NCBI RefSeq assembly: GCF_018977255.1
Contig: NW_024704743.1
Location: 35,094,001 to 35,158,000 of the forward strand
From: Callorhinchus milii
Lineage: Eukaryota
Reading direction: 5' to 3'
DNA length: 64,000 bases
Shown: one piece after another, positions 1 through 10,830 of the stretch
Numbering within the stretch: position 1 is the first letter of the stretch
How the letters are laid out: each line of letters starts with the position of its first letter
Translations under genes and position numbers: made by a program
The notes under the pieces: model-generated
What the model saw: only the letters and a program-made list of their open reading frames with translations
Databases searched by the model: none
What the model was told of the DNA's origin: nothing

Positions 1-709
1 TTTCCTCAGGTGGACTGAATATAATACACATTTACTTTTATTATGTGCCTTTCACGTTGAGAGGACGTCCCAAAGTGCTTAAATGGACAGTTTTTCCTTA
101 AAGCAGAGAAGTAAATTCTGCCTTGCTTTCAACTTCTTTCCTTCTCATGCCTTGAATTATTATTATTCAAATTCTGAGGGGAAAGCACAAATCATCTTCA
201 TCACACCCAGGTAACTCTGGTTCCTGGCTGGACAGCTCGTCTTTTTCAAATACAGGACTTACTTTCCCAAAAACGTTCTTCCCAAACACTGAGCAATAGT
301 GTAGAGCTGGATATATCTTCTATTCTTTGGTGAATCAATACCAAGAGAGGTTTTAGATTGAGGGTTATTACCTGAAGAAAAAAGGTGGAGTTTAGAGCCG
401 TTAGCTGGAGTGGGGATCTAGTGTGAGAAAGGGTACAGTGAGCTCATGATGCTTCCTTCTGTTTTGTAAATTTAATGGGATTTTTTTCTATAATTCAATG
501 TCTTGATGGTATTGTTGTTGGGAATTCTTAGAGAGTCATTAGCAGACCACAGAGTATTCTGTTCCTGATATGTGAACAAACATCTTTGTTAGCCTCTTTA
601 TCACCTTTGTGACTCTGGGTTCAAACGTACTTGTTCTTGGTCTATCATCTAGCACCAGTCATCTACCTTCCTTAAAGGCCAGGAAGAATCAGCAGCTTTA
701 CATCTATTC

Positions 710-1385
710 ATTATAATAAGACATAGTGCCTTATCATATCGTCAAGCAGTCTCAAAGCTCTTCTGAGGATATACTGTGTATTTTGTGGTGTAAGGCGGCA
801 GCCAGTTGCGTACAACTGTGTCCCACAAACAGCCATGGAGTGAGTGACCAATTTTATTTTGGGGAATCAGGAGAAACTCCCTTCTCTTTTCAAATAGTGC
901 TATGGGATCTTTAACGTCCACCAGAACAGGTAGACAGTACCAGATAAAGGGCCCATCTGCCTGTTTAATGCTACCAACTGAAGCAGGCTGTCAACCAAGA
1001 ATACATCTTCTGTCAGAATTATGATGGCTACAGACATTAAAAAAGTTTCTCCTTTAGTTATTTTCATTGCATTGTCATGCCCATCAGTCTTGCAGATAAA
1101 TTTAGCATTCATTCTATGAACTGTTTGTGGACTTTAAATCCCACAAACTGTAGGCAGTTTGCTTACAAGTATCTAGTCACTACAGCTGGCATAGGAAAAT
1201 TGGCACAGGAGATCATTCAGCTAATTAAGCTTTCACAATCAGATGGAAACTTGGTTTAATGACTCATTTGAAGTCTGACAATGATGCGACTCCCCAGGAC
1301 TGCATTGGAGTGTCATTTATAATCATGCGTTTGACCCCACAACTCTCTGATGCAGAAGCGAGGGTGCTCAACTGAGCCAAACTGA
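710..1385 (-). mobile_element. Old Deu-SINE fragments (about 710-990 and 1250-1385)
   Basis: ggcagccagttgcgtacaactgtgtcccacaaacagcc (Deu-like) and the head remnant gtgctcaactgagcca. Confidence 0.6.
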
Positions 1386-2164
1386 TAATTACCCGTAGGC
1401 ATTTGGTTTTATACATTTTACTAAAATCTTTGATGTTATTCAAAACAAGCGATTATTGTTATTAGATGTCATAAGAAATGTCCCTGCCACTGTGCCAAAG
1501 TCATCAATCAGCTCTGTGTGCGTGTGTCTGTGTGCGTGAGCATTTTGTTGCTGTGACATTGGGTTAAGGTTCCATCGGTCCATCCCTATTACTTCAAATA
1601 ACCTGTCACATAATGATTAACTACAGCTGATATGCAATGACAACAGCCCCTTTACTATTTCGCTGACGGGTTCCAACAACAAACCTATCAGGTGATTTAA
1701 AGATTTAATTTATGGTTAAGTGCAAGCAACGGAGGGCATGTGATGGCTCCAGTCCATTTCCCCACAAACAAAATCTGGTCACTCCATGACTGTTTGTGGG
1801 ACACCCCTGCGTGCAATTGGCTGCCACATTTTGCCCACAAAATATAGTCATTCCACTTTACAGTATATTCTGAGACGTCTTCTAACAATTTTGCAGAATT
1901 TTTAGAATCCACCTGAACTGGCAAATTCATGTCATCCGATTAATGTCTCAGCCAAAGAATGACAACTCCAGCAATGCAGTAGCCCCATGCACTACACTGG
2001 TGCCAACCAAGACGATGAGCTCAGAGTCCCAAAGCGGAGCTTGAATCCACAACCTTCTGATCGGAGTGCTACCAATGAAGCCAGTTTGACACCGAGGCTC
2101 AGGAATGTATGTTTGTTACTAGATTGTGAAAATGTGCGTGCTCAGTGTTACCTGTTGCACTCAC

Positions 2165-3958
2165 TACTTTGCTGGACTTCCTCGAGTCCAAAATCGAGGG
2201 AATCCACACAGCTGCCACTGCCCTCCCAACTTCCAACCCCTCCCTACCCTCACCCCACACAATTACCCATCTGACAATTACCCATCCCTCCTTCCACACC
2301 TTTGAATCTGTCACCCTCTCTTCTGTCTTCAACACGGTATCCTCCATGAAGTCCCCTACCTGCTCCCTGGACCCCATCCCCACCCCTCTCCTTAAATCCC
2401 AGCTCCACCTCCTTGCTCCACTACTCGCCAACATCATTAACCTCTCCATGTCATCTGGCACTGTTCCTTCCCCCCTCAAAACAGCCACTATCACCCCCAC
2501 CTTGGAAAAACCTTCCCTCGACCCATCACAGCTATCCAGCTACCAGCCCATCTCCCCTTCCTATCCAAGGTCCTTGAGAAAGCCGTTGCCTCCCAGCTTT
2601 GCTCTTTCCTCTCCTCTCACTCCCTCCATGAACCCCTCCAATCGGGTTTCTGTGCTGCCCACAGCACAGAGACTGCTCTGGTCAAGGTCACAAATGACAT
2701 CCTGACCATGTGTGACCAGAACTCCCTCTGCCTCCTCGACCTCTCCGCCTCCTTTAACACCGTGGACCACTCAATCCTCCTCCACCGCCTCTCCTCCCAC
2801 CTCAACCTTCAAGGTTCTGTCCTTAACTGGTTCAGGTCCTACCTCTCACACCGCCTCCACTTCGTCATAGCAAACAGTTTCTCCTCCAGCCCCCGCACTG
2901 TCTCGTGCGGTGTTCCTCAGGGCTCTGTCCTCGGTCCCCTCTTCTTCACCCTCTAGATGCTCCCCCTTGGTGACATCCACATGTATGCGGATGACACCCA
3001 ACTCTACCTCTCTGCCTCCACCCTGAACTCCAGGACTACTGAGGTCCTGACCGACTGCCTGTCTGACATCAAGTCCTGGACGAGGGCCAACTTTCTCCAA
3101 CTCAACGTCAGGAAGACTGAGGCCTTCCTGATTAGCTCGTGTCAGCGCCTCTGCACCTCAGGCGCTGGCAGCATCAGCCTCCATGGCTACACACTCAACC
3201 TCACTAAGCCAGTCTGGAACCTGGGTATCTTGTTTGACCTTGAACTGTCCTTTCTCCCCCACATCCGCACCATGACCGGTACTGCCTACCACCACCTCCG
3301 CAACATTGCCAGACTCCGCCACTGCCTCACCCCTCAGGCTGCCAAAACCCTCACCCACGCATTCGTCACCTCAAGGCTCGATTACTCCCTCCTCATCGGC
3401 CTTCCCAACTCTTCCCTTCACAAGCTGCAGATCATCCAAAACTCTGCACTCAGGTACTCTCACGCACCAGGCTCCGTGACCCCATCACTCCCACCCTCGC
3501 CCGACTCCACTGGCTCTCCATCCCACAGAGGATCGAGTTCAAGATCCTCGTTCTCACCTTTAAGGCCATCCATGGCCTTGCCCCCTCCTACCTCTCTGAC
3601 CTGCTGACTCCCTACCAACCTGCCCGCTCCCTCCGTTCATGATGCTCCGGCTTACGCCCTACCACCGCCCGACCCGTCCTACCATCGGTGGCCGGGCTTT
3701 CAGCCTCTCTGCCCCCACACTCTGGAACCCCAATCCCATGGTCCCTTCGCCTTACTTCCTCCCTCGCATCCTTCAAGGCCGGTTTCAAGACCCTTCTCTT
3801 CGACCGTGCATTTGGTCTCCCTCCCATCTCTCTGCCTTCCCTCACCTCTACACCACCCCTCCCCCATGCTCGGTCCCGACAGCTGACTGTTCAGCGCTTT
3901 GGGACGTCCTCCCGATGTGAAAGGCGCTCTATAAGTGTAATTTTGTTGTTGTTGTTGT
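2165..3958 (+). mobile_element. L2-clade LINE, 5'-truncated, disrupted RT and 3' end
   Basis: Frameshifted fragments LLDLSASFNTVDH, GVPQGSVLGP, YADDTQLY, AFVTSRLDY. 3' stem-loop tail ending in (TTG)n. Confidence 0.92.
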
Positions 3959-4329
3959 CTTTGTGGATCCCTGACATCTCTTTGGTAAGTACCGACTGCC
4001 CACATCCTCTCACCATAAGTTTTCTGCTTTCCTGGAACTGCATTTCTCTAAAATTCTGTCATTTCATATCCCCTTGGTATGATTCTCCTACTTCCATGGC
4101 TTGTCTCTCATGCCTCTGTGTTGTCTTTGTTTGAGCACCGTTTCGTACAATTCCTCTAAATCCGTGCATGTTCAATCTAGCGTTGTTTCCAAACAATCTC
4201 TCCTGTGAGTCTTGTGCCCTCTGAGTGCTGGCATGTTGCTCAGCTGCCTTGGTATCTGTCTGTTGCACCAGGACTTAAAACTCATATGGCAGCTTGTCAT
4301 TTTATACTAATCCCTACAGTTTACATTTA

Positions 4330-4988
4330 CACTGATCTCCAATGCAGTCCTGGGGTGTGTTGCAATGTCGGAGGTGCCACCCTTCGGATGAGACTATAAA
4401 ACAAGGTACTGTGTGCCTGTGCAGATGTTAAATAATAATAATAATAATAATAATCCTTGCATTTGATATAGCGCTTTTCACGTCGGGAGGACGTCCCAAA
4501 GCGCTTCACAGAACACACTGTAAAGTGAATTGACTGTATATTTGTGGGGAACGCGGCAGCCAATTGCGCACAGCAATGTCCCACAAACAGTCGTGGATTG
4601 AAAATGACCAATTTATTATTGTTTTTGGTTTTGGAGGGATTATTATTAGGCTCTGTGTGGAGTAAGGAAACTTGCCCAAGGTTTCGCCCTGTGCCTGGAA
4701 TTGAACTCAGGTCTCTCGCTTGCAAAGCGAGTGCTCTAACCACTGAGCTACAGGACTCCACATCGTATGGCACTAGTGATAAAGTGAAGGCGGTTCTCCC
4801 GGTGATTTGGCCAACAAATCCCAACTTTATTTGGTCGCGGCTGTTTGTGGGATTTGCCGCCCGCATCCGTGCCGCCCGCCTCTGCCCGCACATACACAGT
4901 CACTCTATTTCAGTGATTCCCGTGAAGCGCTTTGAGATGTCCTTCCAACGTGACAAGGCACGACACCAAATGCAAGGGTTACTATTAT
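4330..4988 (+). mobile_element. Old SacSINE1/AmnSINE-like Deu-SINE, split by the young SINE
   Basis: 4330-4430 and 4760-4988 join into one element colinear with the copy at 45268-45692. Confidence 0.7.
4431..4759 (-). mobile_element. Young tRNA-derived Deu-type SINE with L2-like tail, full length
   Basis: tRNA head with A/B boxes, Deu-like ctgtttgtgggacattgctgtgcgcaattggctgccgcg, (TTA)n tail. Near-identical to the copies at 8683, 46221 and 63033. Confidence 0.92.
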
Positions 4989-5129
4989 CACAGCGCCTCG
5001 GTGAGCTCAAGATCATCTCCATACCCACCTCATGTCCCGAGTGGGCATGTGGCAGGACATGTGCTCAAGTTGGCGGCGCGGCTCCTTCCCCATCATCAGT
5101 GTAAGCCTGACCCTGTGCCTCTCAATAAG

Positions 5130-6560
5130 ACTACGTCCCCCCCATGTGCTTCCAGGGTGGCTCCCTCGCCCTCTCAGTGAGGTCCCCCCCCTCTGACCCT
5201 CTCGGTGGGGCCGCTGTTGCCCCCCCCCCCACCACCCCCGCCCCGCGCGCCCCCTGGCGGTGGGTCAGTGACTCACCTCGCGGCTTTGTGTGTGCTGTGC
5301 CCACGTCTCTCTGACGCCGGCGGAGGGGGGGGGGGGGGGCTGTGGGGCAGGGGCTCGGGGGCTGCAAGTCACTCAACTCAGCCCCTGACGCCGAGTTGCC
5401 TTGTGAGTGAGTGAGTGAGTGAGAGAGAGGGAGAGAGAGAGAGGGAGAGTCACACACACACACACACACCGGCGGCGGCGGCGGCTCCAAGTCAACACAC
5501 TGCGGCTCCGGATCAGCAGCGGAGCTGAGCTCTGTGGGACCAGTCCCACACCCACACCCACCGCCCCCTCTCCCCTCTCCCCTCTCCCCGGAGCAAAACC
5601 CCATTGAGAAAGTAAAGCGGCGCAGGTGGCGTTTCGCCCTTCGCTCAGTCCATTCCCCGCTGGAGAGGAAGGAGGAGGAGGAGGAGGAGGCGATGCCATG
5701 GAAGCCCACGACCCTGGGACGTCCCAGGTGTTGCGCGTGGAGTTGGAGAGAGAGCAACTGAGCGGCAACGCGGAGGAGGGGAGCGGCCCAGCGCAGCTCC
5801 GGGGGCTGCAGAGGGAGGCCGCCCCCTCCCCGGGCCCGGGCCCGGCCCCCTCCCCCTCCCCGGGCCCGGGCCCGGGCGGCCCCAAGCCTGCGGGCGGCGG
5901 GGAGCTGCGGCTGAACCGGCGCCGCACCAAGTCGCTGCCCTGCCTGCGGGACCCCTCGGACTACCGCAGCGACCTGCACGGGGGTCTGCGCAAGAAGGTG
6001 AAGTTCGCCGACTCGCTGGGCCTGAGCCTGGCCAGCGTCAAGCACTTCAGGGCCACGGACGAGCCGCACGTGCCCACCAAGGTCTTCCTGAGGCTCCGGA
6101 GCTTCTCCATCGTGGACGACCTGAACGAGAACTTCAAGGCGCTGGGGATGCACTGGCTCCGGGCCGCCTTCCTCATGCCCGGCGACAGCAGCGACTTCCT
6201 GCAGCGGGTGGAGCGGGACAAGGTGTGCCTGGAGCGGCTGACGGTCAGCCACTTCGAGGTGCACGGGCTGGTCCGGGCGCTGCGCCTGACCCAGGCGAAG
6301 GACGTGCGGGTCCGGTACAGCTTCGACAGCTGGCGGTCCTGCCTGGACAGCCCGGCCGCCCGCCTGGAGAGGCTGGCCGGCCCGGAGCGGGCGGCCACCG
6401 ACCGCTTCTCCTTCAGCCTCTCCATCCCCCCCTTCATGGACCAGGGCTCCTTCGTGCACTTCGCCGTCTGCTACAGGACAGAGCACGAGGAGTTCTGGGA
6501 CAACAACTCGGGAAAAAACTACGCGCTGCAGTGCGAGGCCAGAGCAGACCAACACGCTAA
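5130..6560. promoter_or_regulatory. CpG island covering PPP1R3G promoter and CDS
   Basis: Very high GC and CpG density against CpG-poor flanks. GC boxes, a CTCF-like motif at 5247-5260, TGACTCA at 5269-5275. Confidence 0.8.
5402..5485. repeat. Compound microsatellite (GTGA)n/(GA)n/(CA)n/(CGG)n
   Basis: Directly visible upstream of the PPP1R3G ATG. A (GGA)n run also lies at about 5671-5690. Confidence 0.9.
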
Positions 6561-6567
6561 CACTTAG
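5698..6567 (+). CDS. PPP1R3G: Protein phosphatase 1 regulatory subunit 3G-like (glycogen-targeting, CBM21), intronless, 289 aa
   Basis: ATG at 5698 in a perfect Kozak context (GCCATGG); the ORF-track start at 5626 is a GTG. PP1-binding RVxF motif in RKKVKFADSLGLSLASVKHF. C-terminal CBM21-type region VCLE...VRYSFDSW...FAVCY...WDNNSGKNY. The FADxLGLSLASVKHF...RLRSF segment resembles PPP1R3G as I recall it. The convergent LYRM4 last exon downstream supports the orthology. Confidence 0.88.
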   Translation: MEAHDPGTSQVLRVELEREQLSGNAEEGSGPAQLRGLQREAAPSPGPGPAPSPSPGPGPGGPKPAGGGELRLNRRRTKSLPCLRDPSDYRSDLHGGLRKKVKFADSLGLSLASVKHFRATDEPHVPTKVFLRLRSFSIVDDLNENFKALGMHWLRAAFLMPGDSSDFLQRVERDKVCLERLTVSHFEVHGLVRALRLTQAKDVRVRYSFDSWRSCLDSPAARLERLAGPERAATDRFSFSLSIPPFMDQGSFVHFAVCYRTEHEEFWDNNSGKNYALQCEARADQHANT

Positions 6568-8682
6568 CACTTCTTTTTTTCCCCCCCCCCACCCCTCCAC
6601 CCCTCTCGGAATTATCTTTTTTTTTAATCTCTCTCTCTCTCTCTCCTTCCAAAATTTTGCATTTGTTCTTCTGCATTAAAAGAGATGCCATCTTCCTCTT
6701 TTTTTTATATATATGTACGCCTTCCCTTCGCGATGACACGGTGCCTTGAGTTTAGCAGAATATCACGAGCCAGAACCCCCCCCCCCCCCACGACCCTCAC
6801 CTCTCCCCCTCTCCCCCCCCCCCCCCCCCCCCCCACAGCTATCATACCTTACAATCTTAGGATAATGCTCCAATTGTGTTAGTGAGTGAGTTATTGAAGG
6901 AAACGTAAGGCAGATTGGCCTCAGGAATAGCTTTTGGCTTCTGAACGAGACTAACTTTGAAATGGCAAAAGTTGGCAGTGCAAACACCAGACTTTTTAAA
7001 CTTTTTTTTTTAAGTCTTACTTTTTTTTTAAATCATTGATTATTTTTAAAGCCCTTCCTTCCTCCCTCCCTCCCCCCCTCCCTCCCTTCCTTCCTCCAAC
7101 GTAATTGCTCTGCCCAGATTCTGGTGGCATTTGTGATATCAAAAAAAGGGGAGAGAGCAGCCCAGTAGGGTTTTTGACCTGGTCCCCTCCCCCCTCCCTG
7201 TGATTGTGGGATACCTCCTCCCTGATCCATCCTTCCCTCATCACCCCTGAGGTTGAGGGGGTGTGAGCACAGACACACTGTGCTGCTGTACATCCCCGTT
7301 CTGCGCTGAAGACAAGTGACAGCGCACCACCTGATAATTTGAGACTTAACTTGGGAGCTCTTAACTTGAAACGAATGTTATTTTGTTCGATAACCGTGGA
7401 TTGTGAACTGACCATTGCAAGTCTGTCCCGGACAATCATTGAGGCTCTGACTAAACCACATGCGTGTCTGTGTTTTAACTTTATTAGGAGAAAATGTGGG
7501 CAAGTTTTCGTTTTGGTGTGTGATGGGTGTTTTTTTTCTCACTTTTACCCTTGTTTTTGGATCACTTGGTCTGCCAGCTGGAGCTGAGGAGACGAAGCAT
7601 GTCCATGATACACTTGCCGTTGCCCCTCCTTCGCACCCCCGTAGCTTGGCTGCCAGGTTCCGAGGCTGGCACTGCCCCAAGGCTTGCCTCTGCCTCTGCC
7701 ACAGCCTCTGGTTGTTGTCACCCAGCACCCGTTGATGTGGTCCAGAACATGGGTCTTGAGCGGGATTCAAACCAGTGGGTTAGTGCGCTAATGCTCAGCT
7801 CCACTGCTCAGCCCACTGCTTTACAACAACTTGCATTTATATACCGCCCTTCATGCCGGACAGTGTCTCAAAGCGCTTTACCGGCCTGAAGTCAGAAGCA
7901 CTTAGAGAGAGAGAGGACCTTTCGGTTTACTGACGAGGAGTCAGGTCGGACACTCCTCTCAGCACATTTCTGAAGCATTTCCCTTCAGCTGTACACGTAT
8001 TAGATGCTATCGATTCGCGGTCTATTTATAGCTGGAGCAGGGAGGAGGCTAGATATAGGTGTAGATATCAACAGAAAGGTCGATGGAGAAGTTTTGATTC
8101 ATGGGCAGTCAATTGTAAAGTGGTTCAGGCCATGAGTTTTTTTTAAAAAAAACTTCAGAGTCGAATTAGAGTTGATAAATGCTGTGTTCAATTTCACTTA
8201 GAGTAGGCCGGGAACCAAAAAACCACAGCTAAAGTATGCAAATAAAACAAGTTTTAGTGCTAAATAAAACTGTATCAATCCTGGAATGGATTACAAAGCG
8301 TTTTATAATATGGAACAAGGCACTGCCAGCCTGAGTTCACAGAAAACAATAGCAAATTGGCCAGTGTTTGTAAATACTGTACTTTCTAATTATAATGTTA
8401 AGAGATGGACACGACTGAGGTGTTCTCTTATGAAGCAAGCAGTCTAACAAAGGGTGATGGGCTTTTAACTAACCAGCCCTTTGGTCTCTTCTCAGTAAGG
8501 ACAGTACATTGCTGCAGCTGGCAGATTGTTTGTATTGGACTGGTGTTGTTTTAAAATCTGAAAACAGCAAAAAGTACAACATGTTTTCAAACAGCACCGA
8601 GTGTAGTAAAGTACAATATGAAAGTTCTACTGTAGTTACCCATACCCATCGCCCCTACTGGCAATCGTATCGTAATAACGAT

Positions 8683-9002
8683 GGAGTCCTGTAGCTCAGT
8701 GGTTAGAGCACTCGCTTTGCAAGTGAGAGACCTGAGTTCAATTCCAGGCAGAGGGCCAAACCTTGGGCAAGTTTCCTTACTCCACACAGAGCCTAATGAT
8801 AATCCCTCCAAAACCAAAAACAATAATAAAAAATTGGTCATTTTCAATCTACGACTGTTTGTGGGACATTGCTGTGCGCAATTGGCTGCCGCGTTCACCC
8901 ACAAATATACAGTCAATTCACTTTACAGTATATTCTGTGAAGCGCTTTGGGACGTCCTCCCGACGTGAAAAGCGCTATATCAAATGCAAGGATTATTATT
9001 AT
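8683..9002 (+). mobile_element. Young tRNA-Deu SINE, full length
   Basis: GGAGTCCTGTAGCTCAGTGGTTAGAGCACTCGCTTTGCAAGTGAGAGACCTGAGTTCAATTCC head through to an (ATT)n tail. Confidence 0.93.
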
Positions 9003-9379
9003 AACCCATTGATATCGTCCCTACAAAGTTGAAATAGCTCATAGGCCTTCACTCTGAGGGAAAAGGACTCAGTGACGAGTTATATGAAGTGGAGAGTTAA
9101 ACATTTGTATAAATGCATAAATAAATGGGGCCGGGATGTTGACAGCATGATGACTTAAGTGGCAGTGACAAGTTAAGCCAGGGTCAAGTTATCAGGAGTT
9201 TACTGTACGCTCGACTTTTGTCAGGGATCACAATCACAGCTCAGGACTTTCTCAAGTCGAGGGTCACTCAGGAATGCTGCACAAGTGGTTGTAAGTGGCC
9301 CCTTTATGTGCCTTTTTCTGCTCCAGACTAGTACTGTCTGTGAAATGACAGTAACTGCTGCCATTTGACATAGTGCCTT

Positions 9380-9710
9380 TGACATCGGAGGGCGTCTCAA
9401 AGTGCTTCACAGGATTAATGCCTCATGTGATTGTTGTGGGCGAACGCTGCAGCTAATTTGCCCACAGCAATATCCCACAAGGAACCACAAAGTGAATGAC
9501 CTATTTTATTGGGGAATTGGTGGCCAGGACCCCAGGAGAAAATGCCTTCTCTTCCTGAACAGATTTCGATTGAATGCCTTATCGAAAGCATGGCAACTGC
9601 AACAATGCTGCAACCCCCAGCTGGAGGGACAGCATAGAGTTCCATGTCCTGATGTGGGGCTTGAACCCACAACTCACTGAGTCAAAGGCGAGAGTGCTAT
9701 CAACTCAGCC
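9380..9710 (-). mobile_element. Old Deu-SINE
   Basis: Diverged Deu segment plus a tRNA-like head (cttgaacccacaac...gagagtgctatcaactcagcc). Confidence 0.6.
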
Positions 9711-10677
9711 TACACACAAACCCAACGTAGTTGACTTAGACAAGGATCAAATCTGACATCCTCCCAGTCTGTATACATCTTAGTACCAAACTCCAGTGGA
9801 TTTGCCCACTGGGGCTGCTTGTTGCAGAATAAAAGTACTATCCTGCAGAAAGTATGGGATGTAGAGCAGAATCGGAAGAAATCTGGGAATACACTGTCCA
9901 CAGGTATTCCCAGGGAATACCTGAGAAAAGAGGGAATCAGAAGCCATATCTACTAGTATTCGGTCAAAGGTTAAGTTGCAGAGGTTGGTAGCAATGATAT
10001 CGGTTACATCATTATGAATCACTGCTTGGTGGGATATGTTTACGATTATTTATACAGTAAGATTTGTGGAAAAGAAATTCAAAGCAGAGGAAAATGGACA
10101 GGGTTCAGTATTTACTTTTAGTTTTCACCATGTGAGCTGTCCCATTGTATCAGTTTCAGCCAGGAGGCTGCACACTGCACAGAAACGTCTTGTGCTACTA
10201 CTGCACCAGTGGTTAGAGATGGGGGAGTATATCTGTTTTACCTGCAGTTAGTAATGGAGAGTATCAGTTTTACCTGTGGTTAAAGATGGGGAATGCATAT
10301 GGGTAATATCAGTTTTACCCATTGATACTGACCAATATGGGACACTGTTCTGCATGAATCATTCTGATATAATACTCACTTTCAGGAGCCAAATCAGTTG
10401 GATTGTGGCTTTGACTCCCGCTTGCCTCCACAAAAGGTATAATTTTATAAAATCAATCTTATCAGAAACACTATGAAATATAAAGAATTATAATGGAGCT
10501 TAGAATACAGAGTCATTAGATATTCTTTTGCTCAGCCGCCAGTCTGGCACATGAAGAAATCCATCTTAATTGTATCAAAACCAAACAGTTCCACACATGC
10601 ATTCCTTCCACGTATGGAAATTTGGAATTGGAAGATTCTTCAAGTCCTAACGACGAACCAGACTGGCTGGTCTCTCA

Positions 10678-10830
10678 TCAACAACAACAGTTGCATTCCT
10701 GTAACTTCTTTCACGTTGGATGTCCCAAAGCGCTGGTCAAGGGTTTGGACCTGAGCTTGGGGGTTGGTTGGGGCCAGGGGCTGGTGGGGGAGTGGGGAAT
10801 GATGACGAAGATGTGGTCAAAGAGGAAGAT
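10678..10830 (-). mobile_element. L2 3'-end fragment
   Basis: (CAA)n followed by ttcacgttggatgtcccaaagcgct, the reverse complement of the L2 tail. Confidence 0.65.

Noticed and set aside
5626..5697. N-terminal extension of PPP1R3G from GTG 5626
   Set aside because: Non-ATG start; the ATG at 5698 has an ideal Kozak context. Not excluded, but unsupported.
5131..6600. 489-aa antisense ORF
   Set aside because: Shadow of the GC-rich PPP1R3G CDS; runs through microsatellites and has no recognisable domain.
8683..8756. tRNA-Ala(TGC)-like gene (also at about 4690, 46480, 60605, 63033)
   Set aside because: Partial cloverleaf with an imperfect T-stem, always attached to the SINE body. These are SINE heads.
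8763..9032. Recurring ORFs ([17 protein letters not shown]..., [12 protein letters not shown]...) resembling a gene family
   Set aside because: Translations of non-coding SINE copies.
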